From the NCBI GenBank assembly GCA_020060565.1, contig JAGVAE010000002.1, positions 19,974 through 83,973 on the forward strand: a DNA stretch of 64,000 nucleotides, given 5' to 3'. The notes beneath the pieces are model-generated. The model made no database searches and was not told the DNA's origin. It saw nothing but the letters and a program-made list of their open reading frames with translations. Positions 56,344-64,000 of the stretch are shown in pieces; the stretch's first letter is position 1; the number at the start of each line of letters is the position of its first letter. This DNA is from Candidatus Woesebacteria bacterium. GTDB taxonomy: Bacteria; Patescibacteriota; Microgenomatia; UBA8517. Position numbers and translations under genes: made by a program.

Positions 56344-57534
56344 ATGTCAAGAAAAGTGTTGTATAATCGTTTCATGGCTACGGATTGGATTAAAAAACAG
56401 GTCGATGAACTCAAAGATCAGCACCTTTATAATAATATCTTAACCATAGAAAGCCCCATTGGTCCCGAAATTACTATAAACGACAAAAAACTGCTTAATT
56501 TTTGCTCCAATAACTATCTTGGACTTGCCAATCACCCCAACCTTCGTGAAGCTGCAAAAGCTGCAATTGATAAATTTGGTATTGGTCCTGCTGCAGTTCG
56601 CACTATTGCTGGTACCACCTCACTTCACAAAGAACTTGAAGAAAAACTTGCTAAATTTAAGAAAGCTGAAGCTGTTATTACTTTTCAGACTGGTTTTGTT
56701 GCAAATCTTGCTGTTATCCCCGCTTTAGTAGGTGAGGGTGATTTGATTTTTTCTGATGAACTAAATCATGCAAGTATTATTGATGGCTGTAAATTAACCA
56801 AGGCTGAAGTTATTAGATATGCACACATTTCTCCTTCTGATTTGGAAGAAAAGTTAAAAGCTGCTCCTAAAGATTGTAAAAAACTAGTTATTACTGATGG
56901 GGTTTTTAGCATGGATGGAGACATTGCCCCACTAGACAAAATCTATGAGGTTACTTCTAAGTATGGTGCTATGCTCATGGTAGATGATGCACATGGAGAA
57001 GGGGTACTGGGTGAGAGCGGACGTGGAATTGTAGATCATTTCCATCTTCATGGAAAAGTTGATGTTGAGGTTGGGACTATGAGTAAAGGTTTTGGTGTTA
57101 TGGGAGGGCTTGCTGCGGGAAAGCTTGAGGTCATTGAGTGGCTAAGTCAAAGAGGGCGACCTTTTCTTTTTAGTAGTGCCATGACAATTCCCGATGTGGG
57201 AGCTTGTATTGCGGCTGTTACTCTACTTGAGAACTCAGGAGGCTTGGTTAAAAAGCTTTGGGACAATGCTGATTACTTAAGATCCGGTCTCAAAAAACTT
57301 GGTTTTGATACAGGAACATCCATTACACCCATCATTCCTATCATGCTTGGCGAGGCTGAGACTGCACAGAACATGAGCAAAAAGTTGTTTGAAGAAGGAC
57401 TTTTTGCTAAAGCCATTGTCTATCCTACTGTCCCTCAAGGTAAAGCTAGAATTAGAGTTATGAATTCCGCAGGACATTCCAAGGAACAGCTGGATAGAGC
57501 TTTAGAAATTTTTGAAAAATGCAAGCCCTCATAA
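56344..57534 (+). CDS. kbl: 2-amino-3-ketobutyrate CoA ligase (glycine C-acetyltransferase), PLP-dependent AOS family
   Basis: [26 protein letters not shown] and PLP-lysine region TMSKGFG. Start taken at M14 to avoid divergent overlap with the HNH gene (ORF track starts at 56305). Confidence 0.85.
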   Translation: MSRKVLYNRFMATDWIKKQVDELKDQHLYNNILTIESPIGPEITINDKKLLNFCSNNYLGLANHPNLREAAKAAIDKFGIGPAAVRTIAGTTSLHKELEEKLAKFKKAEAVITFQTGFVANLAVIPALVGEGDLIFSDELNHASIIDGCKLTKAEVIRYAHISPSDLEEKLKAAPKDCKKLVITDGVFSMDGDIAPLDKIYEVTSKYGAMLMVDDAHGEGVLGESGRGIVDHFHLHGKVDVEVGTMSKGFGVMGGLAAGKLEVIEWLSQRGRPFLFSSAMTIPDVGACIAAVTLLENSGGLVKKLWDNADYLRSGLKKLGFDTGTSITPIIPIMLGEAETAQNMSKKLFEEGLFAKAIVYPTVPQGKARIRVMNSAGHSKEQLDRALEIFEKCKPS

Positions 57535-58535
57535 CTGGAATATCAGGAGAAGTAGGCCATGGACTGATTAAGAAACTTCATTCTCAAGGCTATAAAGTTG
57601 TTGCTGCTGATATTAAAGAACCTGAAGGTGAGATTTCTGAATATATTGATCAATTCTACTCATGCGATATTTCTGACAAAGAAGGTGTAGACAAAATCTT
57701 TGAAGAAAAGCATTTTGATATTATTTTCCATTTAGCCTCTATTCTTTCAACTGGTGGGGAGAAAAACCCAGAACTTGCAGCTAAAGTGAATATTGAAGGA
57801 ACGCTTAATTTACTAGAGGCTGCAACAAATCAATCTTTAGCTGACAAAAAAGCAATTAAGTTTATCTTTCCAAGCTCAATTGCTGCTTACGGGATACCGA
57901 ATCTAAAAGTAAAAGGTGAAAGGAAAAAGGTAAAAGAAGACGAATATTTAAATCCCATTACAATTTACGGCATAAGCAAACTTGCTTGTGAGAATCTGGG
58001 AAATTATTTCTCCAAGAACTATAAATTATTAGGTGAAATTAATAGAGATAATTTAATTGATTTTAGATGTGTAAGATTTCCAGGACTTCTCTCCCCTGAT
58101 ACAGTTCCTTCAGGTGGAACTAGTGATTATGGACCTGAAATGATTCATGCAGCAGCCCAAGGAAAAAATTATGAATGCTTTGTAAGAGAAGATAGCCGTA
58201 TTCCTTTCATGGCAATGGCTGATGCGGCAGATGTCTTAACATCTCTTGCCGAGGCTCCAAAAGAGAATTTAAAAAGTTTTGTATACAACGTCCAGGGTTT
58301 TAGTGTTAGTGCACTTCAAATTTATGATATGACTAAAAAGTTTTTCCCCAATTTTGAAATAACATACAAAATTAATGAAGAACGCCAAGCAATTGTGGAC
58401 TCCTGGCCTGAAGATGTTGATGATACTAATGCTCAAAAAGACTGGGGATGGAAGCCAAAATATAATTATAAAAAGACTTTTTCTGAATACCTAATCCCCA
58501 AAATTAAGCAGCGTTATCTAACCCCTGATAAATAA
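57519..58535 (+). CDS. tdh: L-threonine 3-dehydrogenase, NAD-dependent epimerase/dehydratase (SDR) type
   Basis: [16 protein letters not shown] Rossmann start and YxxxK region (YGISKLACE). Forms an operon with kbl. Confidence 0.8.
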   Translation: MQALITGISGEVGHGLIKKLHSQGYKVVAADIKEPEGEISEYIDQFYSCDISDKEGVDKIFEEKHFDIIFHLASILSTGGEKNPELAAKVNIEGTLNLLEAATNQSLADKKAIKFIFPSSIAAYGIPNLKVKGERKKVKEDEYLNPITIYGISKLACENLGNYFSKNYKLLGEINRDNLIDFRCVRFPGLLSPDTVPSGGTSDYGPEMIHAAAQGKNYECFVREDSRIPFMAMADAADVLTSLAEAPKENLKSFVYNVQGFSVSALQIYDMTKKFFPNFEITYKINEERQAIVDSWPEDVDDTNAQKDWGWKPKYNYKKTFSEYLIPKIKQRYLTPDK

Positions 58536-58788
58536 ACTGTTTCATTAAGGTCTGATAAGGAATATCTTTTTGATGAGCTTTAACTTTAACTCTATTAAGT
58601 AATGAGTCTGGAATTCTAATTGTAATTGGGCTAGATGTAAGTTTTAAATTAGGAAAAATCCATTTTTCAGCTTTTGACCAATCAACATATTCAGTAGAGT
58701 CAACTCTTTGCCAAAACTTGCTTTCTTCTAATTCTGACTTAAATTTTGGTATCTTTTTTAATTTTTTAACTTTTTCTAATTTCTTCAT
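58504..58788 (-). CDS. brnA: BrnA-like antitoxin (RHH/CopG-type)
   Basis: C-terminal [25 protein letters not shown] typical of BrnA. Overlaps brnT by 23 nt. Confidence 0.7.
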   Translation of the reverse strand: MKKLEKVKKLKKIPKFKSELEESKFWQRVDSTEYVDWSKAEKWIFPNLKLTSSPITIRIPDSLLNRVKVKAHQKDIPYQTLMKQFIYQGLDNAA

Positions 58789-59068
58789 ATCTTCTCACCT
58801 CCTTTTTATGCATTCTGCGGGCAGATATTACTCTTATTTTTTTACCTCTTATTGTAAATACTACGAAAAGTGTTTTTTGATCCAAAGTCTTACCTACTGC
58901 TATAAATCTCTCCTCAAATATAGAATGCTTGACATCGGGTATAACTAACAATTTACTATCTACAAATACGTCTTCTGTTTCTTTAGGTGTAACTCCATGT
59001 TTAAAATAGCTTTTACTCAAATTGGCTTGATTCCAATCAAATTCAACCGTCTTCCCCTTAACCCTCAT
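58766..59068 (-). CDS. brnT: BrnT-like ribonuclease toxin (DUF497)
   Basis: FDWNQANLSKSYFKHGVTPKETEDVF... matches the BrnT core (F.WD..K...N..KHGV.FEEA..VF). Start taken at M8. Confidence 0.7.
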   Translation of the reverse strand: MRVKGKTVEFDWNQANLSKSYFKHGVTPKETEDVFVDSKLLVIPDVKHSIFEERFIAVGKTLDQKTLFVVFTIRGKKIRVISARRMHKKEVRRYEEIRKS

Positions 59069-59122
59069 GTACATATGATATATGTACAAACTGAGTTTGT
59101 CAAGAAACTATACGAATTAAGG

Positions 59123-60202
59123 TTAGTCCAAATAATCCTGAAGTTTTTTACGACGAGATGGGTGTTTAAGTTTTCTTAATGCTTTTGCCTCAATCTGTCT
59201 GATACGCTCCCTGGTGACTCCAAAAACTTTTCCAACTTCCTCCAAAGTCATGGCTTTTGAGGCTTCAAGTCCAAATCTGAGCTTTAAAACTTTTGCCTCC
59301 CTTTCGGAAAGTGTTCCCAAAACTTCTTCTAGATGGTCTTTTAAGAGTTGTTTACTTGCTTGGTCCACTGGGGAAAGTGTATTTTCATCAGGAATAAAAT
59401 CCCCCAGAAAGCTCTCCTGGTCTTCTCCAACTGGGGCTTCAAGGGATGTGGTTTCCTGAGCAATCTTAAATATCTCTCTGACCCTATCTCCATCAAGTTC
59501 TAACTCTTCCCCAATCTCCTCGGGACTGGGTTCACGTCCCAATTCCTGCATAAGGCGGCGGCTTGTTCTATAAAGTTTATTAATAGTTTCAACCATGTGT
59601 ACAGGGATTCTGATTGTTCTTGCTTGATCTGCAATAGCGCGGGTTATGGCTTGTCTTATCCACCAAGTTGCGTAAGTTGAAAATTTAAATCCTTTTCTCC
59701 AATCATATTTTTCAACAGCTCTAATTAGTCCCTGGTTTCCTTCCTGAATAAGATCTAAAAGTGAAAGACCGCGGCCTATATATTTTTTGGCAATGGAAAC
59801 AACCAAACGGAGATTGCTTTCTGTTAACTTATCTTTCGCTCTTTTATCTGCTTTCTCATATCTTTTCGCTAATTCAATTTCATCTTCAGCTAAAAGAAGT
59901 GGAACGCGTCCAATCTCTCTTAGATATTGTCTGACTGGATCTGTGGACTCAATTCCTTCGAGTTTTGTCAAAAGTTCAATTTCACGATCTAGTTTTTCTT
60001 TTGCTTTTTCATCAGTTTCAATCTCCCCTGGAGTAACTGATTCAAAAACATCAATTCCCTCAGCTAGAAGTTTTTCATATAACTCATCAAGTTCGGGGAT
60101 TCTTTCTTCCGCATCGGGAAAAATCTCCATGATTTCTTCCTGGGTTAAAAATCCCTGCTCACGACCTTTTTTAATTAGTTCTAATACTGGTTTACGTACC
60201 AT
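59123..60202 (-). CDS. rpoD: RNA polymerase sigma factor RpoD (sigma-70 family, short N-terminus)
   Basis: Region 2 [34 protein letters not shown], region 3 and region 4 ([25 protein letters not shown]). Confidence 0.9.
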   Translation of the reverse strand: MVRKPVLELIKKGREQGFLTQEEIMEIFPDAEERIPELDELYEKLLAEGIDVFESVTPGEIETDEKAKEKLDREIELLTKLEGIESTDPVRQYLREIGRVPLLLAEDEIELAKRYEKADKRAKDKLTESNLRLVVSIAKKYIGRGLSLLDLIQEGNQGLIRAVEKYDWRKGFKFSTYATWWIRQAITRAIADQARTIRIPVHMVETINKLYRTSRRLMQELGREPSPEEIGEELELDGDRVREIFKIAQETTSLEAPVGEDQESFLGDFIPDENTLSPVDQASKQLLKDHLEEVLGTLSEREAKVLKLRFGLEASKAMTLEEVGKVFGVTRERIRQIEAKALRKLKHPSRRKKLQDYLD

Positions 60203-60210
60203 ATGCTTAA

Positions 60211-62019
60211 TTATTCTTCACTAAAAATTATACCGCTAACGGAAGCGGTATCGATAGAAGCAAGGCTTTTGGCGAGTTTATTAAATTCGTTTTGGACCGT
60301 AAGAAGCCCTTCTTTATCGCCTTCTTTCTCAAGCTCTTTCATCCTAAGAGTCAAAAGTTTGAGATTTTCCTTGGTTCCTAGTATTTTAAGCTCTTTTTGA
60401 ACTAAATCAAGCTCCTTTTTTAATTCGTCGGGTTTATCCAGTAGTTCCTGGTTCTGACTAAGCACCATTTTTGAAAAACCATCAAAAAGCTCGCTGGGTA
60501 GAGATTTACCAAAATCGGCATTTGTATATTTTTTCTTGGTCTTCAAAAACTTGGAGAGTTCTCCCAAAATCTTGATATATAGAGGGTTTTGTACCAACCC
60601 TTTTATCTTGGTTTTAAGTAAATTGGTAGGATCCGACTGAAAACTTAAAATTAAGAGTCTCTCTTCCAATAAATCATGTCTGCCCCCGCCTGCAACGCTT
60701 TGCGTAGCAATGCGGGCAGGTCGCCCCTGTTCTGAACGGTTGCCAACTTTTGATAGCTGTTCAGTTACGGCCTCAAGTGGAACTCCAAGTTTTTCTGCAA
60801 CAATATTTGCATAGTGGGCTTGGACTATTTTGTCTTCAATTTCAGATAATATCGGAGTTAATTCTTTTGAAATTTTGGCTTTACCTTCTCCTGTTGCGGG
60901 ATTAAATCTGCTCATTACAGAGTCTATTAAGAAATCCCAAACTCCAACTGAATGAATTAAATCATTCTTATATGATTCGATATCTCCCCTTGCTGCTTCA
61001 TCTGGATCTTTGAAATTTGTGATTTTAGCAACTTTTACTTCTATTCCTGAATTTTCTGCAACAGTTAGCCCCCGTCTTGCTGCTGCATCCCCTGCCATAT
61101 CACTATCCAGTGCCAAAACAAATTTGGGAGCAAAACGCGAAAGAAGTCTAACTTGATCTTCTGTAAGAGCCGAACCCTTTATGGCAACTACGTTTTTAAT
61201 GCCAGCTTGATATGAAGAAATTAGATCCAATTCTCCCTCAACCACGATTGCCACTTTTTTCTTTTTTATTAAGGGACGAGTGATATTAAGTCCATATAAA
61301 ACACTGCTTTTATGATAAATGGGGGTTTCTGGAGAGTTTATATATTTACCAGTGTCACGTTTGTCCCAGGGAAGGATTCTTCCTGCAAAACCAATTGGGT
61401 TTCCTCTGTGATCAAACAAAGGAAAAATTACACGACCACTGAATCTATCATACACATTTGCCCCCTGTGGAATTCCTATTCCCGCGCGTTCAATGTCCTT
61501 GGAGTTAAACTTTTTCTTTATTGTTAAAAAATTACTTAATGGATATGAGTTTTCTGGCGAAAATCCGAGCTGAAACTCCTTAATCGTATCAAGTTTTAAA
61601 CCTCTATCTTTTTGCAAATATCCTAAAGCCTGCTTTCCAGTGGGGTGGGTCAAAAGCATGTAGTTATAGAATTTGAGTGTTTGGGAATGGATCTCGATTA
61701 GGTGTTCTTTTTCGGAAGAGGGGCCAAAATTAGCACTAACCAGTTTTACCCCCGCTCTTTCGGCTAAATACTTTAAAGCCTCAGAAAACTCCATTCCTTC
61801 ATATTTTTCAAGAAAAGAAAAAACATCACCTGCTTCGCTACAGCCAAAACATTTAAAAATCTGAAGCTCGGGAGAAACCATGAATGATGGGGTTTTTTCT
61901 CCATGGAATGGACAGTTTGCTTTATAGTTCCTACCTGCTTTTTTGAGTTCAATTCTTTCACCAATAATTGAAACAATGTCTGTATGGAGTTTTACTTCTG
62001 CAACCTGATCTTCTGCCAT
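60211..62019 (-). CDS. dnaG: DNA primase DnaG
   Basis: CHC2 zinc finger [25 protein letters not shown]. Toprim domain (EGELDLIS...DSDMAGD). Immediately upstream of rpoD, the classic dnaG-rpoD arrangement. Confidence 0.9.
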   Translation of the reverse strand: MAEDQVAEVKLHTDIVSIIGERIELKKAGRNYKANCPFHGEKTPSFMVSPELQIFKCFGCSEAGDVFSFLEKYEGMEFSEALKYLAERAGVKLVSANFGPSSEKEHLIEIHSQTLKFYNYMLLTHPTGKQALGYLQKDRGLKLDTIKEFQLGFSPENSYPLSNFLTIKKKFNSKDIERAGIGIPQGANVYDRFSGRVIFPLFDHRGNPIGFAGRILPWDKRDTGKYINSPETPIYHKSSVLYGLNITRPLIKKKKVAIVVEGELDLISSYQAGIKNVVAIKGSALTEDQVRLLSRFAPKFVLALDSDMAGDAAARRGLTVAENSGIEVKVAKITNFKDPDEAARGDIESYKNDLIHSVGVWDFLIDSVMSRFNPATGEGKAKISKELTPILSEIEDKIVQAHYANIVAEKLGVPLEAVTEQLSKVGNRSEQGRPARIATQSVAGGGRHDLLEERLLILSFQSDPTNLLKTKIKGLVQNPLYIKILGELSKFLKTKKKYTNADFGKSLPSELFDGFSKMVLSQNQELLDKPDELKKELDLVQKELKILGTKENLKLLTLRMKELEKEGDKEGLLTVQNEFNKLAKSLASIDTASVSGIIFSEE

Positions 62020-62030
62020 TCTAATTCCGA

Positions 62031-62747
62031 TTATATCTCAAAATCCAAAATTAAGGGCAAATGATCCGAAATTTCCATGTATGGAACCTCAAAACTTTTT
62101 ACTTTAACTTCTGGGGAGGTAAACACATAATCGGCATAATATTGTTGAACAAAACCCGGTGTATTTCGAAACTGTTTCCAAGCAAACTCATTTCTGGTGG
62201 TCTTTATATCAAAATCCTTAACCAAATTACTGTATCCAGCCTCCTCAAACATTTTTAAGCTTTTAGTATCAAGCTCAAGATTGAAATCCCCTCCTATTAT
62301 CTTTGGCTCATTTTTATCTTCAAAAAAATCAATTATTTTTTGAGATTGTTTCATACGGATAGGTGTATCAAATTTGTTTCCCGGAAAAGTTTTTCCATGA
62401 ACATTCCCTATCCAAAATTTCTTTTCTCCAATACCTATTTTGGAGAATAATAGAAAACCTACATCAATATTGGATTGACAGTATATGAAAACTTTTCCAC
62501 TCTTTTCAATCATAATCCCTTTCCTTGCAAAAATTGCCTGGCCACACATGATTTCAGGTGACTTAAGACGTAACCCCTCTTTGTATAAACCATTAAAGTC
62601 GTTTAGTGTAGATGACAGTTTTGAATAGAGTTCCGGAGAGACTTCCATAAAACAAAAAATATCAGTTGTGGATGATTCTTTTTTAATGTAATCGAAGAAA
62701 GGTTTACCTGTCTTTCCAAACCAGGAATTTAAAAAAATTATTCTCAT
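62031..62747 (-). CDS. endonuclease/exonuclease/phosphatase (EEP) family protein
   Basis: C-terminal SDHLPLILDF (SDHxP) and internal GGDFN motifs. Confidence 0.6.
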   Translation of the reverse strand: MRIIFLNSWFGKTGKPFFDYIKKESSTTDIFCFMEVSPELYSKLSSTLNDFNGLYKEGLRLKSPEIMCGQAIFARKGIMIEKSGKVFIYCQSNIDVGFLLFSKIGIGEKKFWIGNVHGKTFPGNKFDTPIRMKQSQKIIDFFEDKNEPKIIGGDFNLELDTKSLKMFEEAGYSNLVKDFDIKTTRNEFAWKQFRNTPGFVQQYYADYVFTSPEVKVKSFEVPYMEISDHLPLILDFEI

Positions 62748-62870
62748 TTTTAGGCGGGGGCTAGTGAACTACGTAAGGAACTACTATTCAAACAGTATAC
62801 AACTTTTGGCGGTTGCAAACCTCTAATAATATTGTGATATAAATAGTTATTAGTAAGGAGGTGACTAAAT

Positions 62871-63167
62871 ATGTTTACACTGTATAAAGGTAAGGAAGGC
62901 ACATTATGGAAAGATATGGTGCTGGTAAGTAAAGGTGAACTAAAAGAGGTTCTTAGGAAATATATACGTAGAGATGGCGATTATATTTTGTGGTGGTTAA
63001 TAGATAATTCTAAAATTCCTGAGGCTTATATTGATGAACCAATTTTTAAATTGTTTCTAAGCTCTTTTTCAAAAGACTGGGGTGATGGTATTGAATACAA
63101 ATCTGATTTTGTAGCAGGTTTCTACGATGATGTATCAAAGAGTCGTTCTTGGGGATTATTAAAGTGA
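62871..63167 (+). CDS. hypothetical protein
   Basis: 98 aa. Textbook signals upstream: TTGCAA-17-TGtGATATAAAT and SD AAGGAGGTG 8 nt before the ATG. Confidence 0.5.
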   Translation: MFTLYKGKEGTLWKDMVLVSKGELKEVLRKYIRRDGDYILWWLIDNSKIPEAYIDEPIFKLFLSSFSKDWGDGIEYKSDFVAGFYDDVSKSRSWGLLK

Positions 63168-63174
63168 TTCTTTT

Positions 63175-64000
63175 TCAAGGTGCGGGTGTAATCGCTATTG
63201 TCGCTTTATTTTTTCTATCCTCATAAACTTTGTTGAATATTTCTATAACTCCTTTTTCGCTTTTGTTAATGTATAAATCTGTGGGCAAATCTTTGGTTAA
63301 TTTGTATAATTTTTCTACATCATATATAGACTGCAAATCATCATATTCGATTTGTGCTTGCTCATCGCTCCATCTAACCATAAATCCATCGATGATTCTT
63401 CCAACGTATGAATGATTTTTATTTATTAATTTAAAGGCGTATTTATTCACTATTTTTTTTGATTCACTGGACAGTACTGCCCATTTGCGAAGTATAAACC
63501 CACTCATTTTTCTATTCATTTTGAATATATTTAATTCAGGATCGACATAATATTTGTTAAGCCTTGTGTTTAATAGTTTAATCAATTTATCCTTATCTAT
63601 ATTGGTTTTTACTTGGTAGAAAGAAGCCTCATTAGAAGAGGTTGCCCAAGTTGTAGCCATAAGAGAAAAATACACCGGTGCGTTACGTACGATGTCTTTA
63701 ATTAGGGGTAAGATTCTTTTTTTATCTACTTTTTTGTCTAATACTGTAAACATAAGAGCAAAAAATCTATGATATAAACTTTCGTAACCTAAATCAGAGA
63801 GTTCTTTAACTCCTAGTTTGGTGTTTGCGTAGATGTAAATTGATTTGATTAATGATTCTGCAATTTTTAATGAGATGTCATCGATAAAGAGATCCAATTT
63901 TTTGATTAGCTCCACGAATTTATTTTCAGATTTGAATTTATCAAATATGCTGTTTATATAATTTTTTAAACCTACGACATCGTCATCAAATTGATTCGCG
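63175..64000 (-). CDS. hypothetical protein (5' end probably beyond window end)
   Basis: ORF track gives 63175..63915 with a GTG start. The frame stays open upstream to the window end (...NQFDDDVVGLKNYINSIFDKFKSENKF|VELIKKL...), so the gene is likely partial here. Confidence 0.45.
   Translation of the reverse strand, partial: ANQFDDDVVGLKNYINSIFDKFKSENKFVELIKKLDLFIDDISLKIAESLIKSIYIYANTKLGVKELSDLGYESLYHRFFALMFTVLDKKVDKKRILPLIKDIVRNAPVYFSLMATTWATSSNEASFYQVKTNIDKDKLIKLLNTRLNKYYVDPELNIFKMNRKMSGFILRKWAVLSSESKKIVNKYAFKLINKNHSYVGRIIDGFMVRWSDEQAQIEYDDLQSIYDVEKLYKLTKDLPTDLYINKSEKGVIEIFNKVYEDRKNKATIAITPAP

Noticed and set aside
1-64000. CRISPR arrays, rRNA genes, transposase/IS elements
   Set aside because: No direct-repeat/spacer arrays, no rRNA-like conserved stretches and no transposase-like ORFs were seen. 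The only mobile-type elements are the intein, the group I intron with its HNH gene, and the short repeats reported.

Overview
This is a 64-kb window of AT-rich (about 33% GC), densely packed bacterial chromosome with mostly short intergenic spacers. The gene content resembles a reduced-genome, CPR/Patescibacteria-like organism, with a split transketolase, an archaeal-type short TIM, a short PGK, a class I FBA, a single-domain 5'-3' exonuclease and an AdoCbl-dependent class II RNR.

Housekeeping genes found: an ATP-dependent DNA ligase (partial), recF, mutM, ftsH, trpS, xerC/D-like, nrdR-nrdJ, two tandem class A PBPs, a glycolysis/pentose-phosphate cluster, efp-epmA, rpoD-dnaG and kbl-tdh.

Most notable observations:
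- ftsH is interrupted in its Walker A P-loop by a roughly 429-aa intein carrying two LAGLIDADG motifs.
- A tRNA-Asn(GUU) gene is split in the anticodon loop by a 221-nt group I intron (recognisable P7 R/S elements). A free-standing HNH endonuclease gene lies 23 nt upstream.
- A GC-rich roughly 35-nt element occurs in two copies (5' of nrdJ and of a small membrane-protein gene). Both copies can form two mutually exclusive hairpins. The copies differ in their loops but not their stems, and one carries an SD-like GGAGG.
- An exact 27-nt repeat is shared between the transketolase-C coding sequence and the fpg upstream region. The fpg upstream copy sits in a mini-ORF that duplicates the fpg start.
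- A candidate roughly 120-nt sRNA has its own -10 box and a strong intrinsic terminator.
- A tRNA-like gene carries a TAT anticodon.
- A brnA antitoxin remnant appears to have formed by microhomology deletion of a paralogue of an intact brnT-brnA pair.
- An RNHCP-domain gene lacks a canonical start codon and has a perfect palindrome next to a divergent XRE/DUF2975 pair.

No rRNA genes or CRISPR arrays were seen.
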